NCBI GenBank assembly: GCA_965248435.1
Contig: OZ252100.1
Span: 3,040,001-3,104,000 of the forward strand
Length of the DNA: 64,000 nt
Reading direction: 5' to 3'
Origin: Candidatus Latescibacterota bacterium
GTDB lineage: Bacteria; Latescibacterota; UBA2968; GCA-2709665
Shown one piece after another: positions 57,643 to 64,000 of this stretch. Below the pieces are notes generated by a model that worked only from the letters and a program-made list of their open reading frames with translations, ran no database searches and had not been told where the DNA came from. Positions within the stretch are counted from its first letter, which is position 1. Each line of letters starts with the position of its first letter. Position numbers and translations under genes: made by a program.

Positions 57643-58416
57643 ATGCGAAAAAACTGGGTCCGCCAGAAATTACGAGCCGGCGAGCCGACGATCGGGGCGC
57701 TGTTGGGCCTCGGCAGCCCAAACGTGGCGGAATTGATGGCGCACGCGGGCTACGATTGGCTCGTTGTCGAAACCGAACACAGCGCATTGGATTCGGCGCA
57801 GGTGGAGCACATGCTGATGGCGATGAACGGCAGCGAGACGATTCCCATTGCCCGCGTGCCGTCGGCAGATCCGGTCACGATCCAAAGAGCATTGGACATC
57901 GGCGCGATGGGTATCCTCGTACCCATGGTCCGAACGGCGGCGGAAGCCGAAGCGATTGTGAGCGCCACGCGCTATCCTCCCGAAGGTATGCGCGGCTTTG
58001 GTCCCCTGCGCGCCTCGAACTACACGCTGGATTACGACGATTATCTTGCATCTGCAAATGAAAACATTCTGGTGGCCCTGATACTGGAAACGAAAGAGGC
58101 GCTGGAAAACCTCGAAGAGATCGTGTCCGTGCCAGGAGTAGACGCGCTCTTCTTGGGTCTTTTTGATCTGTGCTTATCGATGGGTTTGAACCCGATGCAG
58201 ATGCCGTTTGAAGAGATCGATGCGGCGATCGAAAGGGCGCTGGCCGTATGCAAGAAGAGTGGGGTGGCGATCGGGATTGGATCGAGCACGCCAGAGGACC
58301 TGCGGCGTCGACGCGAGGAGGGCTTTACCTTTCAGGTTTACGGTACCGATTACAAGTTGCTGGGGGATGCTGCCCGCATCGGCATCCAAGCTTTCCAAAA
58401 TCTGCGTGACGCTTAA
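57643..58416 (+). CDS. HpcH/HpaI-family aldolase
   Basis: GYDWLVVETEH, RALDIGAMG, RYPPEGMRG, LET, GVD..F.G..DL. Confidence 0.9.
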   Translation: MRKNWVRQKLRAGEPTIGALLGLGSPNVAELMAHAGYDWLVVETEHSALDSAQVEHMLMAMNGSETIPIARVPSADPVTIQRALDIGAMGILVPMVRTAAEAEAIVSATRYPPEGMRGFGPLRASNYTLDYDDYLASANENILVALILETKEALENLEEIVSVPGVDALFLGLFDLCLSMGLNPMQMPFEEIDAAIERALAVCKKSGVAIGIGSSTPEDLRRRREEGFTFQVYGTDYKLLGDAARIGIQAFQNLRDA

Positions 58417-58439
58417 GTGCGACCTTTTAGTGGATTACT

Positions 58440-59435
58440 GTGATGCCACCGTCTGATCTTTCACCGATGATCGACTCGATGATCGACGCGGAGAACGCGC
58501 CGCTTCTACGGGAGCGAATGCAAGCCGAAGGCTATCTGTTCTTTGGGCAACTGGTCGATCCGCAGCGAGCGCTCGAGGTCAAACAGGACATCATGGCGAT
58601 CCTGCGAGCGCATTACATCATCGAGGATGATGGTGCGCCGGACCCGATGTGGAGCGGCGGGCCCCAGCCGACGGAAGCGGAATACATGGCCGTCTACGAC
58701 AAGATCGTGCGGCTTGAATCGTTTCAAAGGCTCGCTGAGTCTCCGGAGACGGTCGCCGTCCTGGAGGCTGTTTGTGAAGGACCGGTTCAGGTCTGGGAGC
58801 AGCAGTTGGTTCGCCTTGTCTACCCCAACCCGGAAACGGCGTCGGCTCAGGGTATCGGTGCCCATCAGGATGGCGATCCCAAGTTGGGCTACAAGGCCGG
58901 CCGCTTCTACACCTGCTGGATTTCGCTGATGCACATTGATTCGACGATCGGTGGTCTGGCGGTTGCGCCGAGGTCGCACACCTTGGGCCTGCTGAAGAGC
59001 GCAGGCAGCGTGTCCAGCTCGGCCAAAGATGTCGAGTCGGATGACTATGGGCTGGATGCCAGCGAGCTTGAGTGGGCTGCGGCGGATTACAGTCCTGGCA
59101 GCGCAGTGATATTCGCCAATCGGACGGCGCACCGGGGTTTGTCGAATCACTCCGATCGAATTCGGCTATCGTGCGATTTTCGTTATCAGCCCGCCAGCGA
59201 CACGGCCAGCTGGCTCGCCCATACGCTGGGGCCGGATGTACGCCGCGTCTGCCAGCAAATTGATGAAACCCTTTCGGGGCGTGCACTCTATGTGACCACG
59301 CACCCGACGCCGGAGGTTCTAGACGAGGTTCGCCGGCGAATGTTGGAAGAGAGGAGTACCACGTTTTGTCGGGCTCAGGAGTTGGTACGCAAGATGAGAG
59401 CGGAGAAGTCGGAGGTGGACTATGAACGGCGTTGA
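58440..59435 (+). CDS. PhyH-family Fe(II)/2OG dioxygenase
   Basis: EGYLFF, HQD, TCWISL, GGL, H(RG)..N...RLSCDFRYQ. Confidence 0.88.
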   Translation: MMPPSDLSPMIDSMIDAENAPLLRERMQAEGYLFFGQLVDPQRALEVKQDIMAILRAHYIIEDDGAPDPMWSGGPQPTEAEYMAVYDKIVRLESFQRLAESPETVAVLEAVCEGPVQVWEQQLVRLVYPNPETASAQGIGAHQDGDPKLGYKAGRFYTCWISLMHIDSTIGGLAVAPRSHTLGLLKSAGSVSSSAKDVESDDYGLDASELEWAAADYSPGSAVIFANRTAHRGLSNHSDRIRLSCDFRYQPASDTASWLAHTLGPDVRRVCQQIDETLSGRALYVTTHPTPEVLDEVRRRMLEERSTTFCRAQELVRKMRAEKSEVDYERR

Positions 59436-60210
59436 AAAGATCCGGGCCAAGTGGGCCCGCGGTGAAGTGGTCATCGGCACCAGTGTCAGTTTCGCCGACC
59501 CGGCCGTGACCGAGCTGACGTGCGAAACCGGAATCGACATGATCTTCATCGATCTGGAGCACGGCCTACTGAACCTCCACCAGGCGCTGGCGCACGTGAT
59601 GGTTGCACGCGGGCAGGACGTCCCTATGGTGCTTCGGGTGCCGACCTATGACCCGGTGGTGATCAAGCCCATTCTCGAGCTGCACCCTGCTGCCATCATC
59701 ATTCCGCGCATCACCAACGAGCAGGAGACGGCGCTTGCCATTTCCGGATGCAAGTACCCGCCGAAGGGTGTCCGCGGCTTTGGCCCGGCCCGCGGCATCG
59801 GGTACGGCCGGATCTCCCAGCAGGAGTTTCTCAAGGATGCGGACGAGCAGACCATGGTGTGGATCCAGATTGAAGACATCGCCGCGGTCAACAGCCTCGA
59901 CGCGATCCTGGACACGCCCGGCATCGATTCTATCATGCTCGGCCCCAATGATTTGTCCGGCTCCATGGGCATGTTGGGGCAGACGGCTCACCCAGATGTG
60001 TTGAAGGCCATAGACACGGTGATCGAGAAGTGCAAGGCGCGGCAGATTCCGGTGGGCGTGGGCGCCGGGTTCGACCCTCAGCGCGTCCGGGACTTCATCG
60101 ACAAAGGCCTGAGCTGGGTACAGTTGAACTGCGATTGGGGAACGCTCTTTGCGGCCACAAAAGACATGGTGGATCGGGTGCGCGAGATTGAGCAGGACGT
60201 AAAATCGTAG
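59422..60210 (+). CDS. HpcH/HpaI-family aldolase, second copy
   Basis: FIDLEHG, KYPPKGVRGFG, QIE, GPNDLS. Confidence 0.9.
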   Translation: MNGVEKIRAKWARGEVVIGTSVSFADPAVTELTCETGIDMIFIDLEHGLLNLHQALAHVMVARGQDVPMVLRVPTYDPVVIKPILELHPAAIIIPRITNEQETALAISGCKYPPKGVRGFGPARGIGYGRISQQEFLKDADEQTMVWIQIEDIAAVNSLDAILDTPGIDSIMLGPNDLSGSMGMLGQTAHPDVLKAIDTVIEKCKARQIPVGVGAGFDPQRVRDFIDKGLSWVQLNCDWGTLFAATKDMVDRVREIEQDVKS

Positions 60211-60281
60211 TCGTGGGCCCCAGCGCCAGGCCGGAGCCTGTCTCGCGCTTGAGCGCCAGTCTGGCGGCTTAGGATAGAATC

Positions 60282-61181
60282 ATGATCATACGTCACTGGA
60301 TGGATTGCCCCATCGTCAACAATCGGCGGTTGCGCGAATGGCGGATTTTCACCCGACGTCAAGACGATCAGCCCAATGCCGAAACTGGGGAGGTCTGTTT
60401 CGACTTCAACTGTTATGGCCGGGCAGTGGTGATTCCAGGTGTAACAACGGAGCCCGTCGTATACGAGGGTGAAGTCGAAAGTATGTGTGTCGCCAGCGGC
60501 GAGGGGCACCTTGTCGTCCAAGGACAAGACTTTCCGATCCGCGCGGGATCTTCATTTACTGTACCGGCTGGGATCGATCATCATTTCAAGAACGTTGGCT
60601 CGGTGGAACTGGAGCTCATCTTTGGTCGCCGGCCGCCGGCTTCGACGGATCGAGAGTTCGTTCTCACTCACTGGACCGAAGACCACGTGGGCACCGAAAG
60701 GGGCGCTTTCTATCAATCCCACTGGAACTACATCGCAAGAGGGCCAGTCGGCGAGGTCCACTTCGGGGATATTCCGCCGCATAAGTTCGGCCAACCCCAC
60801 AACCACGTCCCTGTTGTGGATGAGATCTGGTACATCCAGCGAGGCGATTGTTGGCACTGGATGGGACAGGAGTTCCGACCCCAGTCTCCGGGCACTGCAC
60901 TCTGGCTCGATCCCACTGAGCTACACGCACTGATGAATCCGGGCGAGACCAACGTGGAGTACATATACTGCGGCTCCTGGGCACGCTCACGGGACCGAGA
61001 GCGGCAGCAGAAGGAGGAAGAGGCGTTGCCTGGAACATCCTCAGAGATGGTTGCCGCGTTGGAAGCACGCTTCGATGGTTTGTTCGACGCTTACCGAAAG
61101 ACCAGCTTGAACATCCACGGTATCGATGTGAATTCTCCGCGGATAAAGAGACTGATTCAGGCACTGAAAGAGGTGTGCTGA
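60282..61181 (+). CDS. Bicupin protein
   Basis: SGEG..VPAGIDHHFKN and PHNH..DEIWYI.RG..P.ELHAL.N motifs. Confidence 0.8.
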   Translation: MIIRHWMDCPIVNNRRLREWRIFTRRQDDQPNAETGEVCFDFNCYGRAVVIPGVTTEPVVYEGEVESMCVASGEGHLVVQGQDFPIRAGSSFTVPAGIDHHFKNVGSVELELIFGRRPPASTDREFVLTHWTEDHVGTERGAFYQSHWNYIARGPVGEVHFGDIPPHKFGQPHNHVPVVDEIWYIQRGDCWHWMGQEFRPQSPGTALWLDPTELHALMNPGETNVEYIYCGSWARSRDRERQQKEEEALPGTSSEMVAALEARFDGLFDAYRKTSLNIHGIDVNSPRIKRLIQALKEVC

Positions 61182-61239
61182 CACCTGTAGGCTGCTGCGG
61201 TGTTTAATCGGCAGTCTAGAACGCAGGGGGTCCTCGGAA

Positions 61240-62397
61240 ATGACTGTTGCGAAGCCCAAACGGCTGGCTCTCGATGATGTGTTGATCGTTGATTGCGACG
61301 TGCACGCGCACGAGACTCCGGAAACGCTTGCCCCCTACATGGACGCTGAATGGCGTCCAGCGATGGAGAACCTGACCCGCGTCGCGCACCGCTACCTCAA
61401 CCGCCCCGGATTCGCCCCGATCAACCAGCCTGAGCAGCTTGGTTCTGTTTTGCCCAGCCTGGCTCGCCAGCGCACGCAGATCGTCTGGAATGCCGAGCAG
61501 ATGCGGAGTGAGCTGGATGCCCTATCGATCGACGTCGGCGTCATCTTCCCCGATCATTTCTTGAAGATCGCGGCGCTGCCCAATGCCTCCTATGCCAGCG
61601 CGATTGCAAGGGCCTACCACTGCTGGATCAAGGATCATTGGTTACACGAAGACAACGACCTGTATGCGACGATTATCGCAGTACCCCAGGACCCGGAGGA
61701 GGCCGCGCGTGAGATCGCTCGTTGGGCAGGTGACGACCGGTTCACCGGCGTCTACCTCCCGACCAGCGAAGTCTACCCGATGTGGGGCCATCGCAAGTAC
61801 GATGTGATCTTCGAGGCCGCCGAGCAGTACGATCTGCCGCTATTCCTTCATTCGGTCGGTGGGTTTGGATCGGGATTCCCCTTCAACTGCGAGCAGTTCT
61901 ACACGAACATTAGCTCTCACACTGTCAATCACGTGTTTGCGATGATGGGCAACTGGATGAACATGATGGAAACCGGCGTCCCCGTGCGCTATCCTGACCT
62001 GCGGATTTGCTTCGCCGAGTCCGGCCTCACCTGGGTGCCATTCCTGCGAATGAGGCTGGATAAGGAACACGCCGAGAACCGTCGTCTGTGGCCCCACTTC
62101 AACGACCGGCCCAGTAAATGGATGCGAAAGTTCTACTTCTCAACCCAACCGGTCGAAGAACCGGAAAACCGGCAGGACCTGGTTGACATCATCCGTATCT
62201 ACGACGGCGAAGATACGACGGTGTTCGCCTCTGACTGGCCCCACCACGATTTCGACCACCCCAGTGTTGTGTTTAAACTTCCGGTTTCTGACGAAATGAA
62301 GCGGAAGCTGATGGGGGCCAACGCGCTGAGGCTGATGCCCAGAATAAAGGTCCCGATCAAGTATCAGGGAGCGTCTCGCTCGGGAGAATCGCTCTGA
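61240..62397 (+). CDS. Amidohydrolase_2-fold protein (AibH/PtmU3-like dimetal oxygenase candidate)
   Basis: DCDVHAHE, LFLH, FAESG..W, STQP, FASDWPHHDFD. Confidence 0.82.
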   Translation: MTVAKPKRLALDDVLIVDCDVHAHETPETLAPYMDAEWRPAMENLTRVAHRYLNRPGFAPINQPEQLGSVLPSLARQRTQIVWNAEQMRSELDALSIDVGVIFPDHFLKIAALPNASYASAIARAYHCWIKDHWLHEDNDLYATIIAVPQDPEEAAREIARWAGDDRFTGVYLPTSEVYPMWGHRKYDVIFEAAEQYDLPLFLHSVGGFGSGFPFNCEQFYTNISSHTVNHVFAMMGNWMNMMETGVPVRYPDLRICFAESGLTWVPFLRMRLDKEHAENRRLWPHFNDRPSKWMRKFYFSTQPVEEPENRQDLVDIIRIYDGEDTTVFASDWPHHDFDHPSVVFKLPVSDEMKRKLMGANALRLMPRIKVPIKYQGASRSGESL

Positions 62398-62813
62398 TGG
62401 CCACCCGGCCGCCAGAAGATAGCACCCTTCAAGCGAAACAGCGACGGCCTGCCCGGGGAAGCGAACACGTCGTCGCCCGTGTGGGTGAACTCAAGCCGGG
62501 AGGTCGGAAGATCGTTACGATCGGGGGCGTCCAGATCGGCATTTTTCACATTTGCGACGCCTACTACGCGCTGCGCAACATCTGTCCGCATCAGTCGGGT
62601 CCAGTCGCTACCGGTAAGGTCGGCGGCGCCATGATTGCGAACGCAGACACGGGTTGGGAGCCCGAGTGGTTTCACGATGGTGAGATCCTCGGCTGCCCCT
62701 GGCATGGGCTCGAGTTTCGCATCACGACCGGGCAGTGCCTCGCCTATCCAAAAGTTCGTCTGCGTCATTATTCCGTCAAGGTCGAGGGCGACGAAATCAA
62801 GGTCGTTCTCTAG
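62397..62813 (+). CDS. Rieske [2Fe-2S] ferredoxin
   Basis: CPHQ..CPWHG. Confidence 0.92.
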   Translation: MATRPPEDSTLQAKQRRPARGSEHVVARVGELKPGGRKIVTIGGVQIGIFHICDAYYALRNICPHQSGPVATGKVGGAMIANADTGWEPEWFHDGEILGCPWHGLEFRITTGQCLAYPKVRLRHYSVKVEGDEIKVVL

Positions 62814-62837
62814 CGCAAAGTGAGGAGGAAGCAGCCA

Positions 62838-64000
62838 GTGGCAGCATCTGATTCGCAGACAGCGTTTCGACCTGACTACCCGATCATCGACGCTGACGTA
62901 CACATCCACGAAGACCCGAAAGAATTAGCCGGTTTTGCTGAAGGAAACCTACGCCTGGCGTTGGAGGCGCATCAGCTCCCCGAACGCTGGCTGGACGCAC
63001 CTGGCTACTCGCCGCTGACCCTGTTTGAGCCACCCCTCACTGAGGACGTCGGGCAGGAGCCACACGTCATACGCGACGCTGCACAACTGCGGGCAGACCT
63101 TGATCAGAATGGAATCGATGCAGCGATTATCTTCAGCGGTCGGTTGCTGAGCACGGCTTTTGGACAGGACGCTACGTATCCAGTCGCTATTTCAGAGACC
63201 TACAACCGCTATTTGAGGGAGCGATGGCTGGATCCGGCCCGGGGCATCTTTGGGGCGATAATGGTCGCATCCCAAGACCCGAAGGCATCGGCGCACGAAA
63301 TCGAGCGGCATGCGAACGTTGACGGCTTCGCCGCGGTCTATTTGCCCACGGCCGGCGTTTATCCGCTATGGGGTCATCGCCAGTACGATCCAATCTATGC
63401 GGCGGCGGAGGCGGCTGGTCTCCCGGTCGTCCTTCAGGGCTATACGCAGGTTCGCTCGGCCTTTCCCTACCAGCTTGACCAGTTTGATACCGCGCTGGCC
63501 AAGCAGACGATTTCAAAGCCGTTTGGCGCGATGGCGAACCTGACCAGCATCGTCACGACGGGTGTGCTGGCGCGGTTTCCCGATCTGAAGATCGTGTTCA
63601 CCGAGTGCGGGGTCTCGTGGTTGCCGTTTGTCAGCTGGCGTCTCGACCAGCAGTACCGCTGGCTGCGTCACGAAGTGCCTTTCTACGAATCCAAGCCAAG
63701 CGAGTACATCCGCCGGCAAGTATACGTCACCTCTCATGCCCTTGAAGCGCCTGACGACCCTCAAGCGCTTGTTGCCCTTCTGGACGGCATCGGCGCCCAG
63801 GACCGCCTGCTCTTCTCGACCGATTGGCCGCACTACGACGCCGACCGGATCGAGCGTATCCTGAATTTGCCGATACGCGATGACTGGAAACGCAAGATCC
63901 TGAGTGACAACGCGTGCCGGGTCTTCAAGCTCCAGCCACCCGTTCGCCAAATACTGACCAACGAAAGACTCACGTCGAGCAGTCAGGGAGTAGCCTCGTA
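62838..64000 (+). CDS. Second amidohydrolase_2-fold protein (missing from the ORF track; stop falls at the window edge)
   Basis: RBS GAGGAGG, GTG start, IIDADVHIHE, FTECG..W, FSTDWPHYDAD; frame open to terminal TA. Confidence 0.85.
   Translation, partial: MAASDSQTAFRPDYPIIDADVHIHEDPKELAGFAEGNLRLALEAHQLPERWLDAPGYSPLTLFEPPLTEDVGQEPHVIRDAAQLRADLDQNGIDAAIIFSGRLLSTAFGQDATYPVAISETYNRYLRERWLDPARGIFGAIMVASQDPKASAHEIERHANVDGFAAVYLPTAGVYPLWGHRQYDPIYAAAEAAGLPVVLQGYTQVRSAFPYQLDQFDTALAKQTISKPFGAMANLTSIVTTGVLARFPDLKIVFTECGVSWLPFVSWRLDQQYRWLRHEVPFYESKPSEYIRRQVYVTSHALEAPDDPQALVALLDGIGAQDRLLFSTDWPHYDADRIERILNLPIRDDWKRKILSDNACRVFKLQPPVRQILTNERLTSSSQGVAS

Overview
Chromosomal window spanning the replication origin of a GC-rich, diderm bacterium. 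The gene repertoire (PorV-like barrel plus CTD cargo, GH32-like propellers, DUF6785-type membrane proteins, PhyH/HpcH genes) suggests an FCB-affiliated lineage such as Latescibacterota; this is inference only. The core is rsmG-mnmE-yidC-yidD-rnpA-rpmH <> dnaA-oriC-dnaN-recF-dciA-gyrB-gyrA, with two parS sites bracketing rsmG, followed by tlpA, hom, tRNA-Asp and mfd. Left of it is a heavily rearranged accessory region. It holds a tandem array of [GGGTACC repeats / four-helix-bundle gene / inverted repeats / GH32-like gene] units hit by IS630 and an IS5 fragment, a di-haem peroxidase, a phage structural-gene relic split by IS3, a TPR/CHASE2 cyclase locus and ctpA-tmk-pgsA-icd. It also holds a ~10 kb three-gene membrane cassette (DUF6785-like, degenerate M28-FtsX giant, OPT-like) bracketed by two broken copies of one FAH-family gene. 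The right end is a catabolic cluster with an amidohydrolase-Rieske-amidohydrolase module. Best candidates for novelty: the membrane cassette, a GyrA C-gate-like segment inserted in the S41 protease, and the repeat-bracketed four-helix-bundle/GH32 array. All family calls come from motif recognition by eye; no searches were run.
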